Positions 1 to 12,570 of a stretch of 64,000 nucleotides of DNA are shown here, in pieces. A program made the translations under genes and the position numbers. The stretch's first letter is position 1; every line of letters starts with the position of its first letter. The DNA lies in contig OX597826.1 in the NCBI GenBank assembly GCA_951406725.2, positions 62,001 to 126,000 on the forward strand, in the 5' to 3' direction. Under the pieces are notes generated by a model, which searched no databases, was not told the origin of the DNA, and saw nothing but the letters and a program-made list of their open reading frames with translations. This stretch comes from Octopus vulgaris. Its lineage: Eukaryota.

Positions 1-960
1 CAGACAACACAGACACCAATGGCTTCCTTAACACTGACAGTTTCCAGTGCACAATGCTACAATAAAGAAATACACTTGACCGGGGGACACACTTGTCCCC
101 AGCCATGTGCATCTTTGGCAGCCCTATACAATACTTTATTCCCATCCATCCCGGCAAGTACAAGCTACATTCCACATGGCATGAAACTATGACTTATTGA
201 AAAGAAGACCTGCGTAAACACAACATGAATGCTACTGAACGGTTGTCAAAACACACATGCTCACTTATTTCGAACTATGTCCTAATCCAGAGCCAAGTTT
301 GACCCAATCCTACAAATGGCGGGGGGGGGGGACTGGTGCCATTTCGATGTACGTCATTTCGATCCGTACATGTTGAGAGTGGATGGATCAGGCCGAGTAA
401 CACTGTGCAACAAAATTCCTCTGGAAGTATCTACTGCTTCTTCCCCACGCCCCACTGCTCATGGTGTCTGAACCACCTGCGTTCTTCACGCCAACACCAG
501 TGATGAGACTACCTTCTCAACCGACTTTAACAGCACCTCATGCAGCTGCAACACCAATGCCCACTTCACGACTCCAAAATTACCATGACCAGAAATGCAT
601 CTCACCGCCTACCCACAGAGCCACACCAACAAGTGGTCATACCCCAACACCCCTTGAAACCCCTGCTTTCCAAAAGTGATCCTTGCCTGATGCAGTTTAT
701 CCTCCATCCAGCAATTGTCCTGTTTGTCGCTCTGCCAGACTCGCAAAGACTGGCACAAAAGTCTGACGCACAACTGACACGTTGCTCCTTGATCGTCACA
801 CCGTCAATATTGATTAAGGGTCTTTTGCACAAATTTTTATTTTCGTTAATCATTTAATACATATTATTAGTCTTCTTTGCTTCTTTCAAAGGAATTGGGG
901 AGGGCATAGAGGATGACAACTGAACACTCATATATTATCATTTATTACATTACATTCAAT
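1..960 (+). mobile_element. Ty3/Gypsy LTR retrotransposon remnant: integrase C-terminus, polypurine tract and probable start of the 3' LTR
   Basis: Frame from nt 3 reads [58 protein letters not shown], and later FDPYMLRVDGSGRVTLCNK. These resemble Gypsy integrase C-terminal motifs, with stops and frameshifts. Purine tract aaaggaattggggaggg at ~888-904. Confidence 0.75.
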
Positions 961-1029
961 TAGCCATACATTATTCGTTTCATTATCCAAATATTTTCCT
1001 TCACGTTTCAGGTATGCCGAGGACCTTTG

Positions 1030-1967
1030 TTTTCATTGCTTCAATCTGTGTACATAAAGTGTTTGTGAAAGCAAAGAGTTTTCACACTTATTTACTAATG
1101 AGCTTCTTCTTATAGCTAAATCACTACCAGAACTAGAATAAATTTTGCGTACGGAAGCAAGGTCTAGAATTGAAAGGTCACAGAATTAACCTACCCAACC
1201 CTAACCCAAAGTCTTAGTAAGTAGGAAACCAGATAAATCGTAAAGCCCTTCAGGTACATGGCCATCCTCAATATGAAGGAAACAGGTAGGTAGATGTACT
1301 CTGTATAACACATAATAGGTGTAGCAATATGAGAGGAAGGTAAACTGGGAAAATATTTTTTGTATGTGGAAGGTGCATAATGTACAGTAAAAACTAAAAA
1401 TGCACAGAAAATGGGCTTCATCAAATGCCAGAGGAGTACGTTAGAGATCGTTGAGCAACAAAGTCAGTAGCAGAAGTGGATGAACCAAGAGTGTAGATGC
1501 AAGAATAAAAATAGGCTGAGCAAATTCAGAGAGCTCCTTCCTCTGTTTGGTAACTAAGGGTCTCTCCTTCAGAGTGAAAGCCAGATTTATTATACCTGTG
1601 CAGACAACTATGCTACATGGCAGGAGAAGTAAACATAAGAAGGCATTGGACAAGGTGGTAATGCATGATCTTTGACTGTTGAAACTTATAAAGGCAATGA
1701 CTAATGACCGACACCTTTCATGACATGCCGTGCCTTAGAAGACAATATTATTGTAATTAATTTTCCATCAATTAATTTTTTTCACAACCCCTGCCCACAA
1801 CACTGATGGAGTGCTTCATATTAAGAAGAACATCCAGCCATAGAAACAATGACAAATCAGACTGGAGTCTGCTGCAGACCCTCAGCTTACCAGCCCTGAT
1901 GAAACTGTCCAACACATGCCAGCATGGATAATGGACATTAAGTGATGATGATGATGATGATGATGAC
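1030..1967 (+). mobile_element. Old degenerate RTE-clade LINE 3' fragment with (TGA)n tail
   Basis: Broken frames give LIAKSLPELE, KQGLELKG and VTKGLSFRVKARF..TMLHG. The 3' UTR at 1800-1967 resembles the RTE end at 13860-14031 and ends in (gat)n. Confidence 0.65.
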
Positions 1968-2703
1968 AATTCTTTTTGTAAAACTTTTGCGTTTTATGCT
2001 GAACTTCTAGGTTAGAGTTAATTTTATACATTGAATTTTCATTTCCAGTGAAATCAATTTTAATATTTCAAATTCAAAAATATTGAACAAAATAAAATGA
2101 GAAACTGAAGCAAGTACTACTTCTATATTTGTAAAAACAAAAACAAAAAGAAACAAATACAGGAAAATGAGCAAAATTGTGCTAAAGTGAAACTAAGAAA
2201 CAGAATACTGTGTAAGGCAAGAGACAACTGTATTTTATGAGAGTACCATATTGCATAAACACAAAAAAAGAAACTATTGCAGAGGGAATTAAACTGAAAC
2301 AGATATCAACATGACACACACAACCCATGCTAGTATGGATAAAATGATTAGATATTTCTGTCGAGAGAAAATTCAATGACAATCTTATGCAACCAACAAT
2401 AACCTCAAACTTATCAGATTATTGTAGATGAGCAACAATTCAAGAAAAGTTGTCAAAATTCTATGTTCTTACAATGAATTAACTGCAAGTATTTAAGTAT
2501 GTAGACAACATAATTTCATGTTTTATATGCATCAATACATGTGTAAAAATAAGTCTCATACCTACGTTCATTTTTCCATCCTAGCATGAGTTTGAAAAAT
2601 ATAAGATTTAATAGTTGGGTAACGTTGTCGTAGCTAATGCTAATTTTCTACTAAAGTTTTTTCTTTCTTTCAAAGTGCAGTTCTAACAAATGATACATTT
2701 GTA

Positions 2704-3900
2704 CACAAACATGACAAAAGTAAATATATACCCATTAACACATTGTTTTATGGTTATTATAACTTGAAGAGGTTTATATTTATTTTTATTAATTGACATT
2801 TATATGTTTCAGGTTCTATATGTAACTGTTTAATCATGCCATGTACAAAAGAAACCTTAAAAATGTCCAATTTACAAAGAGGTCATATGCTGCGCCTATT
2901 TCAAGGCTGACTTAGCCTAAAACCACAGAAAACTTTGTGATTCCACTTTCTACAGTAAATAGAGTAATTTTTCAATTCACTAAACGGGAAAGTAGTCCAT
3001 ATCACATTACCAAGGTAGACTAAGGCCCTCTGACAGAACACTTTGCTTTCTTAAGAGAAGTGTGTAAGATAATGCTCATTACAAGGCCTCCAATATAGCA
3101 GAATAAGTTGATGTCAGTCCCAGAATAGCTGTCAGTTATCTCCGCAAAATTGGCTATTATGGCAGAGCAAGAAGAAAGAAGACACTGCTTCGACCAGCCA
3201 ATATCTAATGGAGAAAAGATTGGACAAGTGAGATAGTAGAGAGGTCACTAGCACTTTGGGACACTGTCAAACTCTCTGATGAATCCAGATTTGCTGTATT
3301 TTCTGACACTGGTCGAATGTGGGTCTGGAGAATCAGTCACCAATATTTTCACGTGAATATATTGCAGCCAACAATGAAAGATGTGATGGTCTGGAGAGCA
3401 GTTTGGAGCAATAGTCAATCAGAAATGGTGGAATGTGAGGGATACATAAACTCAGATAAATGTGTCCATATTATAGAAAAATCTTCTTCCTATAACCTCC
3501 AGGGGTAAAATGATTAAATAACACTATTTATGGAAGATAGGGCTTTCTTGCACAACTAAAAGACCCAGGATTGGTTGGAAGAGAATGGCATTAAAAAGCT
3601 TCCATAGCTAAGCCAATCACCAGATATGAACCCTACTGAACACCTCTGAGGCATGATGGATGGGATACTTCCTAAAAAGAAAAAGAAAGCATCCTTAAAG
3701 CCAGATCTTTTGATATTACTGCAAGAAACTTGGCAAGAAAATCACGAAGAGAATATTCATCAGATCAGGGTCCTTGCATTCAAAAATGCAAGGAGCCTGT
3801 CTACTAAATATTAGATATTCACACAGTAATAATTAATAAATAATTTTAAAATAAATTTTAACAATTATAAGGATGTCTATTTAATTCTGTCATGTCTATG
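2704..3900 (+). mobile_element. Tc1-family DNA transposon, full length but decayed
   Basis: Imperfect TIRs cacaaacatgacaaaagtaaatatataccc / ggatgtctatttaattctgtcatgtctatg, flanked by TA on both sides. Transposase motifs SDESRF, FMEDRA and SQSPDMNPTEHL, with many stops. Confidence 0.85.
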
Positions 3901-4089
3901 TAGTTTTTGAAGCAAAACAATGGAAACATTCACAGGAAAATTAACATTAAGACAATTTCAAAAATCTCTCTCAAGCTTTTCATGCACACTAAGATTTTAT
4001 TGACATTCATTCAAATTCACTCATTCCAACATGATCCAATTTTTTCCATCAAAAACTTTGTGATGTTTTCACTTTCTCTAATTTGATCT

Positions 4090-4620
4090 AGATCCTCTAA
4101 GTGTCTCTAATGCATTCATGCCTTAATTTCAATTTGTTGCTTAGATTTTTCCTCAGGGCCAACTCACCAAACAGAAATTAATGAGAGACCTAATTGCCTT
4201 TCATCTTGATCACATAAATACTCCCACATATTTGGTGCTCAAATACAGCATGCTCCACACTAGGAGATTGACAGTTACCCAGTATATGCAAAAATCAAAC
4301 ACATTTGCAGTACTAAATAAGCCATTACTATTGCATTTTCTGGCTTCGTGTTTCCCAATTATATCCCAAATTTTTTTATCTCTGCAAATGCTTTCATTGA
4401 AATCACCAAGTATGAAGATTTTATAAGCAGAAAGAACACTGCACAGAAACTTTTTTCATGAAAGATAAAATATTAGTCTTTTTTCTCTTCAGAGGAACAC
4501 ATGGTTGGAGGGTAGACACTTGCTAAGGTAACAAATTTCTTGTTTGACAATGGCAATCTCACTGACATCAAGGTAATCAGTAAATCCAAAGAGTTCATAA
4601 TCTTAGATGCCAATATTTCA
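4090..4620 (-). mobile_element. Decayed LINE APE-endonuclease fragment (RTE-like)
   Basis: Minus strand reads LMSVRLPLSNKKFVTLASVYPPTMCSSEEKKD, then KIFILGDFNESI and GKHEARKCNSNG. Confidence 0.6.
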
Positions 4621-5091
4621 CAAACATTCAATGGTCTGTACTCTCTTGCAGTAGCAAGATAACACATAGTCCCAGGCTGCAATACTGTGGGACACCTTCC
4701 AAGCCAGACCTTTCACTATCCATTCCACATCCCTTCTTGACATTACTCTAAATTATTTTGATTTTTCAATGAGTATTTTGCACTTTTTGTCAACAGTTAC
4801 CTATAATATACATCACACACATGCAATAAACATCATATAGTTCCCATCAACCACTTTTACTAAAAATGCATTTGTTGATCCCTACCTATTGTCGAAGACT
4901 CTTGCCCAAAATGCCACACGGTAGAACTAGACCCTAAACCATGGTATTGGGAAACAAACATATTTTACATTTGCAAACATATATGTCTTATGGAAATTGT
5001 TCAATATACACATAGAAACAGGTGTTCAATTTACAAACAGCTATGGTTAACTAACAGAAAACTTAAATTAACAAGAAAATTATGTACTTAC

Positions 5092-5479
5092 AGGTGAAGT
5101 TTCGCATGGGGCTACTTGTTTGGTAAAATCCACATGTATAAAGAAAAGTCTACATGTATAAACTGTTGTGGTGAGAGTCATTGGCACCCCTATGGGATTG
5201 GATGAATGGACTAGCAAAACTCTTATAACAAAAACTAGCATATTGGTTGAGACAAAGAGAGTCATAAGAGTCATTGAGAGTTCATGGAAGTTGTTGACGT
5301 TGTTCAGAGTTTGTATTTATTGGAGTATTGTGTTTAGTAGAGTAATCTGAAGTGTGTTGTGTGAAGACAGTTGTGTCTATCCCCGCTTCGTGAAATTTGT
5401 ATATCCAACATATAGAAGGATATAAGATAAACACAAGTCTGCATGTAAACCCATAAGTGTAATCATTCATTTTTTAACC
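5092..5479 (-). other. Candidate host exon (UTR or first coding exon)
   Basis: Non-repetitive sequence bounded by polypyrimidine-ttttactttcAG and GTAAGT. No frame is open throughout, but the internal ATG ORF MTLMTLFVSTNMLVFVIRVLLVHSS... runs to the donor. Confidence 0.35.
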
Positions 5480-6294
5480 CTGAAAGTAAAAAAGAAAAAC
5501 ATCATAATAGTAGCGAAAGGAAAATTTTGGCTTTAATATCAGTTCACTACTCTTTATTTGAAGTGACAACTAGCAATTCTTTCTCTAAATATTACAGCCA
5601 AGCATTATGCAAATGGAAACTTTTACATGTCTCAGGAAAGATATAAATGCAAGCAATGTGAGACCAACTTTCATTAAAACTACACAAGAAATTCATAAAA
5701 ATTCATTCACAGATTTTATTCTATTAAACTTAAGATGGTGGAGAGGCACAATTGTTAGTGTTGGCAAAATACCTTCCACTATTTCTACCAGCTCTTTATG
5801 TTCTAGTTTCAAATCCTGTTGAGGCTAACTTTGTTTCTCTTCCTTTCATCGTTGATAAAAAAAGTGCAAGTCAAGTAATAAGATCAATTTAATCAATTAA
5901 CCACTTCCTCTAAAATTTGAGGCATTCCCCTGTTTTACAAACATGACCAATTAATCAAATATCTTTGGAAAAATAAATCTGCATGTTAGGAAACAGGATA
6001 GCTTTCCTGTCATTCAAATATTCGTGAAATTTACAATATATCATAATTTCAGCAATTCACATAGTCATATTGTAAGAGAGTTCATCATATTTCACTAAAG
6101 ATGCATACACTAATATAGAAACTGATATTAATTAAGAAATCTTAACCATAAACAATATTTTTTATGCTATTTCACCAATGAGCAACTAAGAAGGCAGAGT
6201 TTAAATCCATGCTCCTTCACCAGTTTATCATATGGCTCTCAATCCATTCAAGCCTTTATTGCAAAACAGCTCAGTTTGCTAATTCTTTACAAAG

Positions 6295-6330
<36 letters not shown>

Positions 6331-6414
6331 GGTATGTAGAAAAATACAACATGGACAAGACCGTATAACTCTTAGAAGACGACACAATAAACACGGACAG
6401 GACATTCGAAACCC

Positions 6415-6477
6415 TCAGTCTTCAGTCAAGAACCGGATCATCGTAGTAATTTCGGCTGATTAATCTTGAGATTACTA
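6415..6477 (-). ncRNA. Putative rearranged (non-circularly permuted) hammerhead ribozyme, copy 1
   Basis: Minus strand: UAGUAAU-C / UCAAGA / UUAA / UCAG-CC-GAAA-UUACUA / 12 nt / UCUUGA-CUGAAGA-CUGA. Stems III, I and II can all pair. Confidence 0.6.
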
Positions 6478-7259
6478 GATCACGGCCAGCCCTCCAAGAA
6501 AAACCAAGCAACGAGCATTAGAAAAACTAAGCTGGAAGCGTAGATTTCCTGGAAGAAGGATCGAATGCATACGAACACCAGGACAGCAAAAGGGACAGAT
6601 ATAAAAAAACAAAAAACAATAATGGAATACAGAAACATGAAATACAGAAGCATTAACGGTGAAAACAACAGTGTCTTACGACTGATAACAAGCAAACAAA
6701 TTTTTTCTCTGGCGCAATGGAAAAAGCCTTTATAGTGGCGGACGAAAACAGCGATGTTAACAGAACGAGGGTCAGAGGCTGAAAGGCAGATTTCGGCCAA
6801 CAGTCACGTGACAGAGAAGAGGGAAAAGAAAAGAAAGAGAAGCAAAGGAAGAGAGAGAGAGAGGAGGGACAAACGCAACAAAGAGAGAGAAGAGAGAGAA
6901 AGAAGGAATCAGAGAGGAGAAGGGATGGGTGTCGAAGAATGACCTGTGAGTGCAGAGCGAGACAAAGAAATAGGAGGGTAGTGGAAGACTAGACCAAAGA
7001 ATCAGAGGAAAGAGAAGAGAAAAAGAGGATGAGTAGAGAGAAAAGAGAGAGAGGGGACAGATCAAGTAAAAATGAGAGAGAGAGAGAGAGACAAACAGAG
7101 AGTCGTACCAATTATTAAGAATATGTGCTCACATAAATGTTAAGGGGGGTACGGGGCGCCTGGAATATATGTTAAGGTATGTAGAAAAATACAACATGGA
7201 CAAGACCGTATAACTCTTAGAAGACGACACAATAAACACGGACAGGACATTCGAAACCC

Positions 7260-7322
7260 TCAGTCTTCAGTCAAGAACCGGATCATCGTAGTAATTTCGG
7301 CTGATTAATCTTGAGATTACTA
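7260..7322 (-). ncRNA. Putative rearranged hammerhead ribozyme, copy 2
   Basis: Identical to 6415-6477. Confidence 0.6.
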
Positions 7323-8106
7323 GATCACGGCCAGCCCTCCAAGAAAAACCAAGCAACGAGCATTAGAAAAACTAAGCTGGAAGCGTAGATTTCCTGGAAG
7401 AAGGATCGAATGCATACGAACACCAGGACAGCAAAAGGGACAGATATAAAAAAACAAAAAACAATAATGGAATACAGAAACATGAAATACAGAAGCATTA
7501 ACGGTGAAAACAACAGTGTCTTACGACTGATAACAAGCAAACAAATTTTTTCTCTGGCGCAATGGAAAAAGCCTTTATAGTGGCGGACGAAAACAGCGAT
7601 GTTAACAGAACGAGGGTCAGAGGCTGAAAGGCAGATTTCGGCCAACAGTCACGTGACAGAGAAGAGGGAAAAGAAAAGAAAGAGAAGCAAAGGAAGAGAG
7701 AGAGAGAGGAGGGACAAACGCAACAAAAGAGAGAGAAGAGAGAGAAAGAAGGAATCAGAGAGGAGAAGGGATGGGTGTCGAAGAATGACCTGTGAGTGCA
7801 GAGCGAGACAAAGAAATAGGAGGGTAGTGGAAGACTAGACCAAAGAATCAGAGGAAAGAGAAGAGAAAAAGAGGATGAGTAGAGAGAAAAGAGAGAGAGG
7901 GGGACAGATCAAGTAAAAATGAGAGAGAGAGAGAGAGACAAACAGAGAGTCGTACCAATTATTAAGAATATGTGCTCACATAAATGTTAAGGGGGGTACG
8001 GGGCGCCTGGAATATATGTTAAGGTATGTAGAAAAATACAACATGGACAAGACCGTATAACTCTTAGAAGACGACACAATAAACACGGACAGGACATTCG
8101 AAACCC

Positions 8107-8169
8107 TCAGTCTTCAGTCAAGAACCGGATCATCGTAGTAATTTCGGCTGATTAATCTTGAGATTACTA
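8107..8169 (-). ncRNA. Putative rearranged hammerhead ribozyme, copy 3
   Basis: Identical to 6415-6477. Confidence 0.6.
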
Positions 8170-9189
8170 GATCACGGCCAGCCCTCCAAGAAAAACCAAG
8201 CAACGAGCATTAGAAAAACTAAGCTGGAAGCGTAGATTTCCTGGAAGAAGGATCGAATGCATACGAACACCAGGACAGCAAAAGGGACAGATATAAAAAA
8301 ACAAAAAACAATAATGGAATACAGAAACATGAAATACAGAAGCATTAACGGTGAAAACAACAGTGTCTTACGACTGATAACAAGCAAACAAATTTTTTCT
8401 CTGGCGCAATGGAAAAAGCCTTTATAGTGGCGGACGAAAACAGCGATGTTAACAGAACGAGGGTCAGAGGCTGAAAGGCAGATTTCGGCCAACAGTCACG
8501 TGACAGAGAAGAGGGAAAAGAAAAGAAAGAGAAGCAAAGGAAGAGAGAGAGAGAGGAGGGACAAACGCAACAAAGAGAGTGAAGAGAGAGAAAGAAGGAA
8601 TCAGAGAGGAGAAGGGATGGGTGTCGAAGAATGACCTGTGAGTGCAGAGCGAGACAAAGAAATAGGAGGGTAGTGGAAGACTAGACCAAAGAATCAGAGG
8701 AAAGAGAAGAGAAAAAGAGGATGAGTAGAGAGAAAAGAGAGAGAGGGGGACAGATCAAGTAAAAAGAGAGAGAGAGAGAGACAAACAGAGAGTCGTACCA
8801 ATTATTAAGAATATGTGCTCACATAAATGTTAAGGGGGGTACGGGGCGCCTGGAATATATGTTAAGGTATAGAGAGAGAGAGAGAGATGTACTTTGCATA
8901 GCGAGTGACAAGGTAACAGTCAAGTATACAAATTGAACTGACACATATTACATAAACATACGTTCACAAGTACACACACACTGACACGTCTATTTCTCCT
9001 AAATACTCACATACGTAAGTACATAAGTACATACATACATGTGTATAGGCATGCACACATGAATGTGCACATACATGTACACATATACATGCATACGCAC
9101 ATACATTCATAAACACATACATACATACATACATACATACATAATACACATACATACATACACACATACATACATACATACACACATAT

Positions 9190-12100
9190 ATATCATGAAC
9201 TAACTGTTACTTTCTCAGATGCAGCACGGAATTTTGTCAGTGAAGAAGTCGCAGTCTCAAAGCGACGAAAATATTTTGCCAAATTAAATTCAAATGTTAA
9301 AGTGAATCTAACAGTTTTTGTGTGTTTCTTAAATGGCTTATAAACACCTTCCATGCTCAGATCAAGTCACTCGCTATGCAAGTACTTCTCCGTAATTCCG
9401 AAAGATTGAGCCAGGCTCTCAGGAAAGCCGTTACTTGTTGCTTGAGAAAAATAACAGCTAAGCAACAGCTTCATTTCATTAGACACTGCATCTCACTGAA
9501 GGTTTACCCAAAAAGGATTTACAAAATGGTCGAAACACTAAACCTGATGAAAGGACAAGTGTCGAAACTAAAACATATCGTAATTATGAACCTGAAGTCC
9601 AAACTATATATACACCTTGCCACTAAAGAAAATGAAAAGCGAGAGGCCCTCGCTAAAGTGAAGAACTTACTTAATAATCAAGAAATGAAACAATTAAAAG
9701 AACTACTCCGTCGTGAATGTAACTCCATATGAGACAGGTGCGTACAACACTTTGAAAAGAAACTAGCATGGACGTTACAACTACCATACAACCACCCAAC
9801 AACTAAACAGTTTGACATGACTGAATCGATTGATGGAATTTCTATGAATGACAAACCCGTAGATGATGACCAACTAACAAGAAACGTACGAGTGTACGGA
9901 GGAGTACAACTGGATACAGATGAACTCGCTGCCCTAGAACTCACTCCAAAGTTCACCACATATAATAAGGTTAGCAAGATATCAATACTATCAGACATTG
10001 AGAAATGCTTTACCAAACTTAGATGGAGAACACACTTTAACCGCAACCAAAATCCTGACATTCATGACATATCTGGCAATAACCATTCCATACGTCGTTT
10101 CTATGACAAACGTGACATGTCGTTTGACATGAAAAGGGTCTGCCCTACCAACTTACCATTCAACAAAACAGTATGCATGCCCCCCCCCCTACGCAGACGC
10201 TGCTTTAGAAGCAAAGTTTACCCTTACTAAATCCAAACTCCTGTCAGCTTTCTCTAATTACACCCAAAGGCATAAACACCAACAAACAAAAAATAAGACC
10301 CATGATCTTGACACCAAAATTAAGAAAGGCCTTAACATTAAAAAATCGTATCAAAAATAGAGAGATTGTATGCTTCCCGACTGACAAATCAGTTAGAATG
10401 TCTGTTGACAACTTATCTAATTACATTTCGAACATGCAACCACACATCACAACAATAACAGAAACAACAACACTCGAGTACATTGAAAACGAAAAAGTCC
10501 TCAATGCTCACATGGGGATGTGGAGTATCATTCTCCAGTCTGAGAAATGCACAGCGAACAATTTCATAACTACCAACAATGAAATCCCACCCCTATATGG
10601 CCTTCGAAAAGATCATAAGATCCACATGGATCATATACTTGGGCCACCTACCCGACCAGTTTGTGGTACCAACAATGCAAACAACCACAAAATATCATAT
10701 TTTCTCTCACAATTCATACGACCCTTAATAGAGTTATCTGCAGATTTACGTGATAGTACTGAAGACCTTCTTTGCAGGATCCGCGAATGCAACAACACGT
10801 GTGACCTCAGAGACCACATCGTAGGTATCATGGATGTGGTATCACTATATCCTTCCATTGACATATACTTTGCTGTCGAAAAATGTATAAAGATAATTAG
10901 TGAGAGCAATATGATATTTAAAAATGTGGACATATATGAACTAGGGTTCTTCCTGGCTCTGACTTGTACCAATGAGTATCTGTCACACAATAATCTTCTA
11001 TATGCTTGTCCTACCTGTAACAAACGAGGAAGACCACCTACCATTACCTCAACATACAAAAAGACCCAATGTGAACGCTGACAGGGTTGGATGAGGCAGA
11101 CTACCCACCTTCAGATCCACACGACATCAGAACTACTATTGCACATGCTATCGGTGTCAGCCTTAGAACTATACTTAAAACCCATATTTTTAAGTTTAAC
11201 AAAAAACTGTATAAACAGACGAAAGTGGTGCTATTGGAGTAGGGATCGTCGGTGATGTTGCAAACCTCTTCATTGCATGGTGGGACAGACAGTTTAAACA
11301 GTGCCTAGCGACCTGTAACAGCCACTTAGCTATGTACTCTCGATGCATTGACGACATTAACATTGTCGTGAAATGTAATAATAATACAGACACAGAGATA
11401 GAATCTCTACTAAATGAAGAACAGGTGATGACAGCTATACAACACATGGCTAACTCTATCCATAGCAGTATAAAAGTTACCGTAGACTGCCCCTCTAAAC
11501 ACCCCAGTAACAGATTACCTGTCCTAGATACTGAGCTGTGGATAGAAAATACTATGGTTAACGGAACTGTTAAATCCTGTTTACTCTACTCACACTCTTA
11601 TAAACCTATGGCTAATCCACTGGTAATCCGTAGTAACTCAACGATGTCGAGTACTAACAAGCTCAACATCCTGGTGGCAGACTTAGTTAGATTAATGAGG
11701 AATGTATATCTCCACTATGCCAACCACAAGAACGACAACACATCCAGCACTTCATATTCCGAATGCAATGCCCCGGATACACACAATATGACAGAATCAG
11801 AGTGTACAAAGGAGCAAAAACAAGATTCAAACACATTCTAAGTGATGACGAAAACAGTATATGGTTCCTATACCGCAACAAGTTCTGGAATAGGTTAGAG
11901 AGGGACACCAAGAAAAGAAATAAGACCAATACTTGGTATAACAAGAGATTTCCCAGTGTAATGTTTGTTGATGCCACACCTAAGAACGAATTATGTAAGG
12001 CATTCAAGGAAATCCTACACATAACTGGCCTTAAGATCAAGGTTGTAGAAAAGACAGGTAGGACTATCAAATCTGTATTATGTAGATCATATCCTTTCGA

Positions 12101-12530
12101 TAGATTCCCACGTCAAAATAATTGTGCAGTATGTTCCACAAACCCACATATGAACTGTAAAACCAAGAACACTGTGCCAAGAAGGAGCTTGCACAACTAT
12201 GCCCAGAGCACTGTGCCAAGAAGGAGCTTGCGAGACTAACCCAGAGTCATACATAGGTGAAACTTCTAGGAGTATCAATGATAGGTTCAAAGAACACATG
12301 GACAACTACATTGAAAAGAAACCAAACTCCATCTTCTATCAGCATGCTGTAGACTGCCACAAGGGCTCCTTAGTGAGACTTAAGTTAAACATCTTATCCA
12401 CACATCCCTCTGATGCAATGCTGAGACAGGTCACTAAATCTGTCTGTATACAAGAATACAAACCCACTCTTAACCGAAAATCCGAATGGGGTAACATCCA
12501 GATTCCACTCAGGAGTACCATTCTATAACC

Positions 12531-12532
<2 letters not shown>
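9190..12532 (+). mobile_element. Penelope-like retroelement (RT + C-terminal GIY-YIG endonuclease), near full length, frameshifted
   Basis: Consecutive ORFs from 9322 to 12528 carry PPLYGLRKDHK, PPTRPVCG, MDVVSLYPSID, SGAIGVGIVGDVANL, YSRCIDD (YIDD), LPVLDTELW, a Cys-rich linker, YIGETSRSINDRFKEH and PTLNRKSEWG. A 5' HHR is present and (CT)n follows. Confidence 0.9.
9230..9285 (+). ncRNA. Degenerate minimal type I hammerhead upstream of the Penelope-like ORF
   Basis: aattttgtca-GTGAAGA-a-gtcgc(agtctcaaa)gcgac-GAAA-atat-TT-tgccaaatt. The core has C3G; stem III is palindromic. Confidence 0.6.

Positions 12533-12570
<38 letters not shown>

Larger units (their letters stand above)
6327..8870 (-). 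repeat. Head-to-tail tandem trimer (units of 845, 847 and 843 bp) with one hammerhead-like motif per unit; retrozyme or Penelope pLTR-like
   Basis: Units start with ttaaggtatgtag at 6327, 7172 and 8019, with a 9-nt partial unit at 8862. They are near-identical apart from GA-repeat slippage. Left flank is (TA)n. Confidence 0.95.

Noticed and set aside
1194-1210. Telomere-like cccaaccctaaccc
   Set aside because: Only about two units, embedded in an RTE remnant.
6480-8492. Three identical 106-aa ORFs (MAEICLSAS...) and overlapping Arg/Glu-rich ORFs
   Set aside because: They are identical only because of the tandem repeat, have low-complexity composition and show no domain.
9543-9575. CTGATGA...GAAA inside the Penelope ORF
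   Set aside because: No stem I or stem III with a UH site could be formed; likely chance within coding sequence.
11079-11081. In-frame TGA in the PLE ORF as selenocysteine
   Set aside because: The context (ER*QGW) fits a mutated Trp codon, and the copy has many other lesions.
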